A stretch of 64,000 nt of DNA, taken from positions 7,345 to 71,344 of the forward strand of contig JBAXRR010000001.1 in NCBI GenBank assembly GCA_037131125.1, given 5' to 3'. This DNA comes from a bacterium. GTDB lineage: Bacteria > Patescibacteriota > Dojkabacteria > GCA-016699595 > JBAXKR01. The notes under the pieces are model-generated. The model was given only the letters and a program-made list of their open reading frames with translations, searched no databases and was not told where the DNA came from. Numbering within the stretch: position 1 is the stretch's first letter; every line of letters starts with the position of its first letter. Below, piece by piece: positions 39,358 through 50,365 of this stretch. The position numbers and the translations under genes were made by a program.

Positions 39358-39387
39358 GCCTTAATTATCTCTTTTCTTGCCTGTTTG

Positions 39388-40773
39388 TCAAATCTGAAAG
39401 TCCATTTCTGCCAATAATGATTTTCTTATTCCGGCCTCAATTCTTGCCTTTGCCTCTTTATATTCTTTTTTATTTTGATACATTGCAAGATCAGCAGTCT
39501 TCATAACCTTAGATATTGTTGTTCCGGGAGTTACTTTTGTAGCAACCCCAACAGCTATGCTTGGGTGTTTATGAATTTTTTCGGAGACATATTCTGTTAA
39601 ACATTTTTCAAGAATTTTTTGTACTACTATCATTGCTTCCATATCATTTGTATTTGGAAGTAATATGGCAAATTCATCTCCTCCAATTCTCGCCACTATG
39701 TCTGTATTTCTTAGAGTATCAGTGAAAACTGTGGCAACTGCTTTAAGAAGTTCATCTCCTGCATCGTGCCCATACGTATCATTCAATTCTTTTAACCCAT
39801 TAACGTCGCATAATATTACTGAGTAAGGTTCTTTTACTTTATCCTTCTCTACTTCCTCGTCCAGTTTTCTTATTTCTTGCTCAAAGAACGCTCGATTATT
39901 AAGTCCAGTTAATGCATCTCGTTTACTTAATTCCTCAAGTCTTTTAGTTTCTATAATAACCGCAGTATCATCTCTAATAGTTAAAAAGAAATACTCATCA
40001 TCAGCTCTCATTACACTTAAATTAAGGTATCTTATTTCTCCATCTTCTCCCGGTATTTTTAATAATGCAATATCATGATTTTCATTAGGATTTGTTGAAA
40101 ATTTTGTTTTTATCATTTCTAAACTACCGTTCACTATATCTGAAATATTCATTCCTTTTAATTCATCTGGTTCTTTTCCTAATTTAGTCCCAGCACTTCC
40201 ATTTACGTCAATAATTTGTCCATCCATATTAATTAAAACTTTTCCATTTGGTGAGTGCTCAAATAGCCCAGTAAGCATCTGTACAATTTTAAATAGTGAC
40301 TGTTTCATTGCAATTGATCTAGCTTCCTCAACTTTCTGTTCAGTGATATCTTCATTAGCAATAGAGTATATGTATTCAGTTCTATTTGTTGGTACTCTTC
40401 TTATTGAAAGCCTGAAATATCTTTTCCCATCAGAAGTATTTATCCAATAATTTGTGCTAGCCTCTGTTTTGGAATTTCCTTCATGCCGTTTTTGAACTTG
40501 ACCTACTAATCCCTTTATTATATCTATTACGGAATTTGGAATTAAGTCGTTTAAGTTTTTGTCAGTAATATTCTCGAATTTTACACTTGTAGTTTGCTCT
40601 GACTCAACACTCAAAACCTGATATTCTTTACTTATACTTAGGGAAATTGTTTTGGAAGCAGTAAGTATTTCACTAAGTCTTGATGCAGATGGAGTCGTTT
40701 CATTGGACCCTTCCCAAAGAGGCCCTATGTCAGCGATATCTATTTTTATCTCAGAAATGGGTAAGAAGGACAT
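39388..40773 (-). CDS. PAS-GGDEF diguanylate cyclase
   Basis: DALTGLNNR, DVNGLKELNDTYGHDAGD, RNTD I-site, RIGGDEF, ADLAMY; PAS-like region upstream. Confidence 0.92.
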   Translation of the reverse strand: MSFLPISEIKIDIADIGPLWEGSNETTPSASRLSEILTASKTISLSISKEYQVLSVESEQTTSVKFENITDKNLNDLIPNSVIDIIKGLVGQVQKRHEGNSKTEASTNYWINTSDGKRYFRLSIRRVPTNRTEYIYSIANEDITEQKVEEARSIAMKQSLFKIVQMLTGLFEHSPNGKVLINMDGQIIDVNGSAGTKLGKEPDELKGMNISDIVNGSLEMIKTKFSTNPNENHDIALLKIPGEDGEIRYLNLSVMRADDEYFFLTIRDDTAVIIETKRLEELSKRDALTGLNNRAFFEQEIRKLDEEVEKDKVKEPYSVILCDVNGLKELNDTYGHDAGDELLKAVATVFTDTLRNTDIVARIGGDEFAILLPNTNDMEAMIVVQKILEKCLTEYVSEKIHKHPSIAVGVATKVTPGTTISKVMKTADLAMYQNKKEYKEAKARIEAGIRKSLLAEMDFQI

Positions 40774-40855
40774 CTATATTATTTAACTATTTAGATAAAC
40801 TATGGGATAGTATTATATCACTTTGAAGCTATATATAACAAATCTAACAGTACAG

Positions 40856-41923
40856 TTAAAGTATGCCTTTTAGCTCTTCATCACTGAATCCTTTGAAGAA
40901 GATTTCAGGCTTAAGCTCAAGATTAAATTTACTCTTTGCTTCGCTTTTTATTTTTCTAATAACCTCTAAATAGTCTTCAGATGAAGCATTTCCAAGATTA
41001 ACTATGAAGTTATTTGAAGTTGGACACACCATTGCATCTCCTACTTTATATCCTGAAAGTTTTAATTCATGCTCAACAAGATATCCTATGCTTGGTGTTG
41101 GAAATCCAAGTCTTACTTGATCTTCTTTTGAGATGTTTCTAAATACAGATCCAAGTGAATTTCTTGGTTGAGATATTTTTCTTCTTGCCCACTCAATGGA
41201 TACATACTTTGCTTTTTCTTTATCTCCTTCTTTCATGTTAAATGTTCCTGAAACAATTATTTCTCCTGACTTTTGAAATCTAGATTTTTCATATCCCATT
41301 CCAAGTTCGGTTATAGATATAACATTTACATTACCATCTTTATCTACAACTTCTACCTCACTTAGATATTCTGAAAGAGAATGTGTACCTCCATGAATAT
41401 TGTTATATATTGCTCCTCCTATTGTTCCTGGAATTCCTGCAAACCATTGTAGTCCAGTTATCCCTTTGTCTATTAAATAGTTCATTGCATAAGCAAGACT
41501 TACTCCACTATCTATTTTAACTTTAACATTCTCTTTTGCACTTTCGTCATAATCTAAATCTTTAAATTCAATTCCTCTAAAAGTTCCTTTTGTTTTGTCT
41601 ACTTCATGTCTACTATCTACTGCTTCTGGAGTAAACTCTTCTTCAGCTCCCTCAATTTTTTCTCCACTAGATTCATATTCTTTTTCAGATAGTACTTCTA
41701 CGTTTAAAGCTTTGTTTTTGATTAGACAGTAATCTAATCCTTTGTCAGAAAACAATGTATTAGATCCCCATCCAATTACTTCAAATATTTCTTTAGATTT
41801 AATTTTCTCAATTAAAATACTTTTAAATTCTTCAGAAGATTCTGCTTCTATATATTCTTTTACGTCTCCACCAATTTTAATCCAAGAGATTTTCTTAAGA
41901 GGATAGTTTGTATATTTCTTCAT
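40856..41923 (-). CDS. murB: UDP-N-acetylenolpyruvoylglucosamine reductase
   Basis: KIGG, GWGSNTL, GIPGTIGGA, QPRNSLGSVFRN, NFIVNLG, LKPEI. Confidence 0.92.
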   Translation of the reverse strand: MKKYTNYPLKKISWIKIGGDVKEYIEAESSEEFKSILIEKIKSKEIFEVIGWGSNTLFSDKGLDYCLIKNKALNVEVLSEKEYESSGEKIEGAEEEFTPEAVDSRHEVDKTKGTFRGIEFKDLDYDESAKENVKVKIDSGVSLAYAMNYLIDKGITGLQWFAGIPGTIGGAIYNNIHGGTHSLSEYLSEVEVVDKDGNVNVISITELGMGYEKSRFQKSGEIIVSGTFNMKEGDKEKAKYVSIEWARRKISQPRNSLGSVFRNISKEDQVRLGFPTPSIGYLVEHELKLSGYKVGDAMVCPTSNNFIVNLGNASSEDYLEVIRKIKSEAKSKFNLELKPEIFFKGFSDEELKGIL

Positions 41924-42005
41924 AAGTATTGAAAATAAAGTATGTTTGCTTAGATAACTATATCACTGCATAGGATAAATTAGAATAACGGGAAAAATTA
42001 CATAT

Positions 42006-45000
42006 TTAGAAATTGAATAGATTTCTAAGGCTATCCAGCAATAAGTTAGTTGCATCAGTTGAAGCTTTCGTAGTTATTGCAACAGTATTGCTAGATATTC
42101 CTGTGTTTTCAGCTTTATCTTTAGATACCGCTCTGAAATGATAGACCTTAGATGGTTCTAGATTTGAAATTACCACCATATGATTAGATGTTAGATTAAA
42201 GTCAGTAATAGATTTGGAAGGATATGTATCTGAATATCCCTCTCCAAATTCTACTGCAGAAGTTGCTGGTTCATCTGTATTCCAAGATACGATTATTTGT
42301 GCTTTTCCAGTACTGCTATTTGCTGTATTCTCTGCAACACTTTCTACAAGCATATCTGTAATTACAGGAGGTCTAGTATCTGATGCTGTAGTGAATTTAA
42401 CTATGTCAGATCTTGCTTCATTTCCAATTCTATCTTGTCCTTTTACAATTAGGTTATACAGTGTATCTGCTTTTAATCCGGATAATGTTATTTTATGTTC
42501 TCCAGATATTAATGCTAAGTTAACAGTATCTCTACTTTGGCTCGCTTTTCCATCTGGATAGTAAGTAACAATTGAACTTACTTCTGTATTAGACTGCCAA
42601 CTAATAATAATACTTGTCTCTGCAGTATTTTTTACTTGTTGTAACTTAACAGAGGAAACTCTTGGTCTTGGAAGTGTTTTGAAATCCAAAACAGTACCTT
42701 CATATTCTGTATTCTCAATGTCAAAAGGATTTACTCTGTAGTAATACTTAGTTCCGTCATCTAGACCGTCTAAGATTACCATGTACTTTGATTCATTATT
42801 ACTTGTTGGTAATTCTTGAAGTCCTCCAAATTGTGTAGATTTTCCATAATATATCTTTACCTTGTTTGCTCCAATTGAAGTGAATTGAATTCGAGCTGAG
42901 TTAGTTCCTACATTTACAACAGTTACATCTTTAACACTAGGAGCAGGTAATGTTTCAAAACTTTGTTCTGTAGATTCACCTAGGTTACCATCTTCATCAG
43001 TCCATCTTGCTTTGTAATAGTAAGTAGTTGAAGGAAGAAGATTTGTTAAATTAGTTACATGTTCAGTTACTTGTTTAGAATTTCCTGTATCGTCTGGGAA
43101 GTATTCACCTTGAGTAAGTCCATATACAATTCTGCTATCTGAATTTCTAGCTGTAACCCAAGAAATTGTTGCTCTTCTTGTCGTAATATTTGAAGTAACT
43201 GGACTAGATACTAATTCTGCAGGTACAGTATATGCTCCTTTTGGTGTAATACTTACAGATAATGAATAACTTGGACTTGCTTTGGATTCATCTGTGTTAT
43301 CCATACTTCCTACTCTGTAATAGTACTTCTTAGAAAGAGGTACTACGTCTACAAATGCAGTTCCATTCGTTTCAATTACTTTAGTCCAAGATGTTCCATT
43401 TTCAGATCTGTCTACTTCATAACTTAAAGCTCCAGTTCCTTTATATATAGGTTCATTCCATGCAAGAGATACACTCCAAAGACTTACACTCTTAATAGAT
43501 GTATCTGCAACTCTTAAATTTATTGCAGGATCTGGTAATGTAGAATTTAATGTAAATGTTTTAGATAGACCATTACTTCCTGAGTAGTTATTAAGATCGT
43601 CTATTGCCACTACATACACCCTATTTTGCCCTTTTACTGCACCAACAAGTTTACCTTCAGGTATTGAAGTACTTGTTGTAGGGATATATATTGTTGAATT
43701 ACTTAATATTGTACTTAAGAGATTTGGTGGAGTGGTGTTTATCATGTAGTAGTAAGATTTTAAGGATCTTCCAACAGATGGGACTGCTACTGGCCAAGAT
43801 AATGAGAAGCTATTAGTTGAGGATACAGATGGTGTAACAGTAATAGAAGATCCATCTGCAAACTTAGGAGCTTCTCCACCATATGAAATACTTGCTGTTC
43901 TACTTATTGTAGATAAATTACCCGCATTATCTAAAGCTCTGAAATATATTGTGTTATTTCCCATTTGAATCCTTGATGAGTCATTAGCAACACTTAAGTA
44001 GTAAGGTTGAGAATCACCAACAGGAATATATTTAACTCCAAGAGAAGCACTTGTATTACTTCCTGTCCAATTAGATTCACTATTAATAGAGTATTCGTAT
44101 CCAAGTAGTTGTGAGTTATTGTCAGAAGCTCCACTATTTCCACTTGTTGGCCAGTTGAAGTAGATATCGTCTACGTTTGAGAATGAATTTTGTGGTGTAG
44201 AGAAAGATGCAACATTTGTTGGTGGAAGATCATCATATTTGAATTCAAATGTTTCGGATGTTGGAAATGTGTTTCCTGCATTATCTAGTGCTTTAATGTT
44301 TAGATAGTATGGATTATTAGATGTTGTTAACCAAGTATTACCTCTTAGGGATAAATCACTAAAATCTATTTCATTAGTTCCTACAATAAACTGACAAGGC
44401 ATACCTATTGTACTTACTGGAGATGTACCCAATATTCCTTTAACAGATGTAGGATCGTCTGCTTGTGTCCCACTTAAAGATAAACAATATCCTTTTATTC
44501 CACTTCCTCCAACATTATCTACACCAAGGTCCCATCTAAAATATGGAGACTGATCATTTGTCCATCCAGTTTCTGAAACACTTCTTCCTTGTGCTGTGGT
44601 TTTCATACTTGTGTTAGCAGCATTAGTTGTTGGAGGAGTGTTATCTTCCACATAGTGAACTGACATCGTACTAATGCTTGGTGACGTAATTTGAGAAGCT
44701 GAATTTAATGTAGCTTTTATTTGAATATATTTTTGAGCTAATGCATTAATATTATAGTTAGGTGAAGTTCCAGAATTTGCAGTGTAGTTTGTCCATGTAT
44801 TTGCATCTGGACTTGTTCTAACATCATAACTTACTGTGTTTCCATTTAGAGATTCAGTTGTTACAAAGTTAGGAGATGTTCCCCACATTGCATTTGAATT
44901 AAGATTAATTACAGGAGATTCCCAGGTGCCTGTTGTTGTATATTTTCTTTGATCTGTTGTACTTTGTGAATAATTTGTAAGACTTTGATTATATAGGTCG

Positions 45001-48000
45001 GAAATCTGTGTTGATGTGAGTGCTTGATTAAATACTCTTAAGTCTGAAAGCATGCGAGTTGTATTACTTGAAATACCTCGAGAGAGAATAATACTTGAAA
45101 CAGTTGGAACAACTGAGTATGAGTTTGAAACTTTAAAAACTCCATCAAGATAAAATGATAATAGAGTTCCATTCCATGTTCCTACCCAGTTATGCCACTT
45201 ACCCTGTCCATATGTTGGCAAGCTTGTAAATGCTCCTGAACCACCAGTTCCTCTAATCTCAATTCCAGCTGAACCACAATCTTGCCCGAAATGAATATAG
45301 TTAGCACCGGAAGTATCTAATATTCCAGCATGAGCACCAGTACAACCAACATAGTAACTTGGGAACCAAATCCAAGCACTAATACTTCCAGAGCTTGCTG
45401 AAATATTTCCAGCTGACGGATAAACTATGTCACCTGCAGTTCTTATGCTTGTTGAGTTATTTTCTGTTCCACTCCATGTGTATCCAGGTCCTAAAGATCC
45501 ATCTACGTAACTTGTTGCGTATGCTTTTGCTTCAAGTTGAACACCATCAACATATATTATTTTATTTGATTTTATCTGAACTCCATAAAGAGCTGCCTGA
45601 TTAACTCCTGTTAAAGATCCAGTTAGCCTCCACCATCCTCCACCCATATCTGTATATGTTGTAGCAATTGTTGAAGTGTTGAAATATAGCTCTGCAATTG
45701 TATTACTTACAATTCCTCCAACATTTCCCGCTGTTCCATCGTAGACATAGCCACTTAATGTATTAGTTCCTGTATTTCCTACGTTAATATTAGTAGTTAC
45801 TTCATCTGTATATGAGCCACCATAATTTAATGCCATACTATTACTTCCAAATTTATAGTATGGCGCTACTGAATTTTGAGTCATAGATGCAGAATAGAAA
45901 CTAATGTATGTCCCATCTATTTGTCTTATTCCTCCCATGTAACTTCCCAAATATGCTGTCGTAAGTGCTGAGCTAAATGATGCTGGAATCGAAGTTGCAG
46001 TTATTCTATCTACTCCATTGACGGATACAATCATATTACCTCCACCTGAATATCGAACACCTATAACATATGTAGCACCTGCTGCAAAATCACCTACTGC
46101 ATTTGCATCATAAGTTGCCGTATTTGATACTCCATTCATTACATATTTCAAAGTTAATACATTTGCAACTGAGAAGTATAAATGTATTTCATTATTTGCA
46201 GTTCCATCTGAGATATATAGGATTCTAGGAGGTACACCATCTGCAAATTTAATTGCATTTGCAGCACTATGTCTTGGTGTAAATTTAAATTTAATACTTC
46301 CACTTGTAGTAGACATGCTGGAGACTGCTTGTGTTAAGGTATCTCCCCCATCTACTCTTAAACCAGTTGATTCTCCACTATTTGCTTGAGATGCTGGAGT
46401 AACTGTGAGTGAAATATTGTCCAACGTAAAATAGTACATATCGTCTGCATAACCATCTGTTGCGGTTAATCTGTGATCGTTAAATCCAGATGATGCATAT
46501 CTGTAAACACCTTTTAATAGACTCCAACTTCCTGTTCCACTAGTTGTTAAAGTTGTACTATTTGAGCCAGAGTTCAATATATATTTGCTACTCCAATATT
46601 TGTTAATTACTCCTGAGTTTGCATAAGCATACATTCCAAAGTCATAGAAATTTCCTGAAGTTGAAGCAGGTCTGGTGGGCATTATACAGTTACTTGAACT
46701 AGCACCAGATATTGCTAACTTAAGTGAATACTGTCCAGAATGAACAATGGAACTTGATAAAGATGTTGAGCCTGCAGGTAAAGTATTTATCCATCCATCC
46801 CATCCTGTTGGTAAAAGAGGATCTCCTGTTCCAGATTCCATGGATGGAGAAGACATGAGGTTAGGAAGTACTTCCACCTGATGCCAATAACATGTACCTG
46901 TTGCTACTGTATTAATTAATTGTACTTGTTCAGATTCAGCTGCAGGAGATGTCCATGTAAATATATATATATCTGGTGATGCTCTTGTACTAGTTTTTGT
47001 TCCTGTTAAGTGAGATATTTCAGTTGTTCCATCTGCTCTTGTTACTTTAACTTGAGGAGTACATGTTCCATCGCTATTTCCCAATGCCCTTAATACATAA
47101 TTTCCACCATTAGTTGCAGTAAATGTATTGTAAATTCCTTGCCCGATTCCTGTAGTTGTATATTTATATCCTCCTGGGTAGATCTTTTCAGATGTTGCTA
47201 ATGATGTAACATTGAATGATGAGGAAAGATTACCCATCGCTGCTGATACCGCAGCGATTTGTGGGGCAGACAATGTTGAGTTATATATTGCAATGGATTG
47301 TATCTTTATATTTGAATATTGTGCTGGACTTCCAGAGATATTTAATGCTGCAATGTAAAGTTCAGTATATCCTGAACCAGTTCCTGCAACAATGGTAGTA
47401 GGCTCAGCAATACCATTTCTGTAAGGAGTTTTTCCAGCAACTGCATATGTTCCTGCAGTAAGTACTGGAGTATTGACACCTGAAAATGAAGTTGTACCAT
47501 GGTAGCTATTCATTCCAGTATTATATGATTGCATTAATAATGAACCTGTTCCCCAAGTTCCAATAATTGTAGTTGATGCTGTTCCTGCGTATCCTGTGTA
47601 TGAAACAATAACTGTTGACGAATCAGTTGGAATAATTCCAGTTTTTAAATAATTAGATGTTCCATTAAATGTCCACCCATTAACGCTATCCCATGTCGGA
47701 GCCACTCCAACACTTGCATTATTTGTTCCAGGATTCGCTAGATTTATGTACGAATTAGCTAGGGAAGATGCGTTATATGGTTGATATGCTGCAACAACAT
47801 TTCCAGCTGATACTCCTCCAGCTAAATACCATGGTGTTTGTGATATAGCAGTAAATCCATCATTTGATGCAGTTCCATTCATCATATATCCACCAGTATT
47901 AGTTGTACTTGTATACAAAAGATTAGAACTATGAGGATGGCTCCATGCATTACCTGTACCACTAGCTAATGTTCCAGTAGAGGAATTAGTTGGAAGTGCA

Positions 48001-50243
48001 AATACAATATCCCATGATCCAGTTATTTGTGAAGGATCTTTGCCAGCACCTGCAGCATATATTTGACTTAACTCATCTCCATTTCCAATATTAATTCCAG
48101 ATGGAGTTGTTGCTTCATAAAGTACTCTTCGATAGATTGTTAAACCTTGAATGATTGCATCTGCTGGGAAAGTATTGTCATTCCTACTTCCTATTGTAAG
48201 TGTGGTTGGAGCGACTTCAGATCCATTCCCAATCATAAAGGTAGTAACATTATCAATTGTTAAACTTGCAGGATTTGATCCATTCAGGTTATTTTTGTTA
48301 TCCCATCTTGCAATAACTAGATGAGTGGATCCAGCTGTCCAAGCACTAACGTCAACATATTGAGAACCTCCTGCATTTTTACTATAGAAATATAGCCTGT
48401 TATCGCTGTATTTTCTGATTCCGGTTGTAGTATTACTCAATATGAAGTGATCAACATTATCATTTCCATTCCATTCTGGAGTTATCCAAAATACAATTGA
48501 CCCTTGTGTTGAATCAAAATTTTGATAGAAATTGCCAGATATTTGCGATCCCTGTGAAGCAGTCAGGGAATCTGGAATTCCTGTTCCATCCATGTTTCCC
48601 TGTACTATTGGAGCAGCAACAAATGGACCTGCTGGTGGAGTTCTTTTAGACATATTGGGGGTATAGGTTGAAGAACCTGCTGAATATGTCATGTAATTAG
48701 TTCCCCAGTTAGTTGCATATGATGCATTTTCAAAAGATGGATTAGTAATAAGGTTTGTTGTTCCCTCTTCTATCATGACTCCACTATGCGATGCATAAGA
48801 TTGATTATTTAATTTTCCTGAATCTGCTGAACTTGCATCTATACCAATAATTCCACCAACATATTTAGCACCAGATATTGTTCCGTTATTTCCATTCCCT
48901 GATGAGTCTATTGCTTTGCCTGTATTTCTAGGATCATCTCCATTTTCGTCAAAATGATAAAGTAATTTTGTATTTGAATCTGGTATTACAACTTTTCCAT
49001 TTCCTGAATTATATAGAGCTAATAATTCTTGAGAACTTAATATTCTGTTATACATTGAAAATTCATCTATCTGTCCATTAAAGAAATTAGCTGTTCCTCC
49101 AATTGTCATGTCATATGGGGAATCATCTTGAATAGTTCCACTTCCAGGATTATTTGATGTAAGTGTTTCTTCTACTCCATTTACAAAAAGATGAGTTACT
49201 CTGTCTGTAGAATCGTTATATGTATATGTAACCATATACCATGTGTTTGGATTCATTGCTGTTGTGCCAATAGAATTTCCCCCTCCATTAATATTTGCCC
49301 TTATCCTGTTAACTGAACCGTTATTATAGATGGTAAAGGAATCATTTCTTTTTACGTAAATTGTAAAACTTGCACCATTTGCGATTGGATTAAATTTAAC
49401 CCATGTATTAACTGTAATTAGATTATGAATATTATTAATTGAAGATTGTTTTCCCACGTTAATGTTGTCGTTAATTCCATCGAATGAAATCGCACTCTTA
49501 GTTGAATACCTTATTGCTCCACTTTCTGTAGATGGTGTTTGACCTGTCTCACATGTTGAAGATCCATTAAATGAACATACCATAGATGCTACTGGTCCAG
49601 ATTGAATTGAATATCCATTAGACCCTTGAGAAGATGCCCCACTATTTCCGTAATAAAGGAAATAGTTTGTTGAATCTGTTGAACTAGATGCTAAGTTTGC
49701 TTGAAGTGGAAATGTTAGTTGAGTAATTTTCGAATCATTACATCCAGTAGAACCATTTTCTTTCTTTATTGTAAGTGCTAGTTCAGTAGTATTTTGGTAA
49801 ACAATTCTAATGTCATTACAATTAGCAAGAACACTTTCAAGAGCTGTTGTATCTATTGAAATAGAAATTGGACTATTAGCGTTTATAGTTGAAGCTGAAG
49901 TATTCTTTATTGTTAATGGTCTTTTGTAATTCCAATTTAAGTTATACCAATTTGAATCTTTTCCAAGAGATATACTTGTTGTTGTGGCAATTACTCCATT
50001 TGCACTTCCTGCTGTGAAATCTGAAGATCCACCTTGTTGAATGTTAAAGTTTGTTTCATTTGCTGCAAGAATTTTCGGAAGTATTCCTATTCCCCCAACA
50101 GTTAATCCAAGTCCAATACAAACAATAGCAAATATATTTAATTGCCATTTAATAATTGTGATTTTTTTTGTGAAGAAATAGAAAGTAAAGGCGTCAAAAC
50201 ACTTCTTGAATACGATTCGTATTTTTTCAAGCAGAGTAAGCAT
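42006..50243 (-). CDS. Giant surface protein (DUF2341-like, LamG/ConA-like, CBM-like, Ig/FN3), 2745 aa
   Basis: N-terminal TM; WNYKR...CNDIR...YYGN; LamG motifs (FNGQIDE, YHFDE); C-terminal FN3 repeats (LLPSTTYYY, LEPSKVYHF); Ser/Thr/Gly/Asn-rich. Confidence 0.85.
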   Translation of the reverse strand: MLTLLEKIRIVFKKCFDAFTFYFFTKKITIIKWQLNIFAIVCIGLGLTVGGIGILPKILAANETNFNIQQGGSSDFTAGSANGVIATTTSISLGKDSNWYNLNWNYKRPLTIKNTSASTINANSPISISIDTTALESVLANCNDIRIVYQNTTELALTIKKENGSTGCNDSKITQLTFPLQANLASSSTDSTNYFLYYGNSGASSQGSNGYSIQSGPVASMVCSFNGSSTCETGQTPSTESGAIRYSTKSAISFDGINDNINVGKQSSINNIHNLITVNTWVKFNPIANGASFTIYVKRNDSFTIYNNGSVNRIRANINGGGNSIGTTAMNPNTWYMVTYTYNDSTDRVTHLFVNGVEETLTSNNPGSGTIQDDSPYDMTIGGTANFFNGQIDEFSMYNRILSSQELLALYNSGNGKVVIPDSNTKLLYHFDENGDDPRNTGKAIDSSGNGNNGTISGAKYVGGIIGIDASSADSGKLNNQSYASHSGVMIEEGTTNLITNPSFENASYATNWGTNYMTYSAGSSTYTPNMSKRTPPAGPFVAAPIVQGNMDGTGIPDSLTASQGSQISGNFYQNFDSTQGSIVFWITPEWNGNDNVDHFILSNTTTGIRKYSDNRLYFYSKNAGGSQYVDVSAWTAGSTHLVIARWDNKNNLNGSNPASLTIDNVTTFMIGNGSEVAPTTLTIGSRNDNTFPADAIIQGLTIYRRVLYEATTPSGINIGNGDELSQIYAAGAGKDPSQITGSWDIVFALPTNSSTGTLASGTGNAWSHPHSSNLLYTSTTNTGGYMMNGTASNDGFTAISQTPWYLAGGVSAGNVVAAYQPYNASSLANSYINLANPGTNNASVGVAPTWDSVNGWTFNGTSNYLKTGIIPTDSSTVIVSYTGYAGTASTTIIGTWGTGSLLMQSYNTGMNSYHGTTSFSGVNTPVLTAGTYAVAGKTPYRNGIAEPTTIVAGTGSGYTELYIAALNISGSPAQYSNIKIQSIAIYNSTLSAPQIAAVSAAMGNLSSSFNVTSLATSEKIYPGGYKYTTTGIGQGIYNTFTATNGGNYVLRALGNSDGTCTPQVKVTRADGTTEISHLTGTKTSTRASPDIYIFTWTSPAAESEQVQLINTVATGTCYWHQVEVLPNLMSSPSMESGTGDPLLPTGWDGWINTLPAGSTSLSSSIVHSGQYSLKLAISGASSSNCIMPTRPASTSGNFYDFGMYAYANSGVINKYWSSKYILNSGSNSTTLTTSGTGSWSLLKGVYRYASSGFNDHRLTATDGYADDMYYFTLDNISLTVTPASQANSGESTGLRVDGGDTLTQAVSSMSTTSGSIKFKFTPRHSAANAIKFADGVPPRILYISDGTANNEIHLYFSVANVLTLKYVMNGVSNTATYDANAVGDFAAGATYVIGVRYSGGGNMIVSVNGVDRITATSIPASFSSALTTAYLGSYMGGIRQIDGTYISFYSASMTQNSVAPYYKFGSNSMALNYGGSYTDEVTTNINVGNTGTNTLSGYVYDGTAGNVGGIVSNTIAELYFNTSTIATTYTDMGGGWWRLTGSLTGVNQAALYGVQIKSNKIIYVDGVQLEAKAYATSYVDGSLGPGYTWSGTENNSTSIRTAGDIVYPSAGNISASSGSISAWIWFPSYYVGCTGAHAGILDTSGANYIHFGQDCGSAGIEIRGTGGSGAFTSLPTYGQGKWHNWVGTWNGTLLSFYLDGVFKVSNSYSVVPTVSSIILSRGISSNTTRMLSDLRVFNQALTSTQISDLYNQSLTNYSQSTTDQRKYTTTGTWESPVINLNSNAMWGTSPNFVTTESLNGNTVSYDVRTSPDANTWTNYTANSGTSPNYNINALAQKYIQIKATLNSASQITSPSISTMSVHYVEDNTPPTTNAANTSMKTTAQGRSVSETGWTNDQSPYFRWDLGVDNVGGSGIKGYCLSLSGTQADDPTSVKGILGTSPVSTIGMPCQFIVGTNEIDFSDLSLRGNTWLTTSNNPYYLNIKALDNAGNTFPTSETFEFKYDDLPPTNVASFSTPQNSFSNVDDIYFNWPTSGNSGASDNNSQLLGYEYSINSESNWTGSNTSASLGVKYIPVGDSQPYYLSVANDSSRIQMGNNTIYFRALDNAGNLSTISRTASISYGGEAPKFADGSSITVTPSVSSTNSFSLSWPVAVPSVGRSLKSYYYMINTTPPNLLSTILSNSTIYIPTTSTSIPEGKLVGAVKGQNRVYVVAIDDLNNYSGSNGLSKTFTLNSTLPDPAINLRVADTSIKSVSLWSVSLAWNEPIYKGTGALSYEVDRSENGTSWTKVIETNGTAFVDVVPLSKKYYYRVGSMDNTDESKASPSYSLSVSITPKGAYTVPAELVSSPVTSNITTRRATISWVTARNSDSRIVYGLTQGEYFPDDTGNSKQVTEHVTNLTNLLPSTTYYYKARWTDEDGNLGESTEQSFETLPAPSVKDVTVVNVGTNSARIQFTSIGANKVKIYYGKSTQFGGLQELPTSNNESKYMVILDGLDDGTKYYYRVNPFDIENTEYEGTVLDFKTLPRPRVSSVKLQQVKNTAETSIIISWQSNTEVSSIVTYYPDGKASQSRDTVNLALISGEHKITLSGLKADTLYNLIVKGQDRIGNEARSDIVKFTTASDTRPPVITDMLVESVAENTANSSTGKAQIIVSWNTDEPATSAVEFGEGYSDTYPSKSITDFNLTSNHMVVISNLEPSKVYHFRAVSKDKAENTGISSNTVAITTKASTDATNLLLDSLRNLFNF

Positions 50244-50290
50244 TTACATTGTATATTTAATATATTCCATATAGGAATATTTATGTTAAT

Positions 50291-50320
50291 AATATATATA
50301 AATATGAGGGTGATTACAAA
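50291..50320 (-). promoter_or_regulatory. Promoter with conserved TTTGTAATCACC motif, copy 1
   Basis: TTGTAA-N17-TATATT; same layout upstream of the paralog. Confidence 0.6.
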
Positions 50321-50365
50321 TTAATGTGTGGCGATTATCTCTTGCTCTGCTTGATAAATTGAAAT

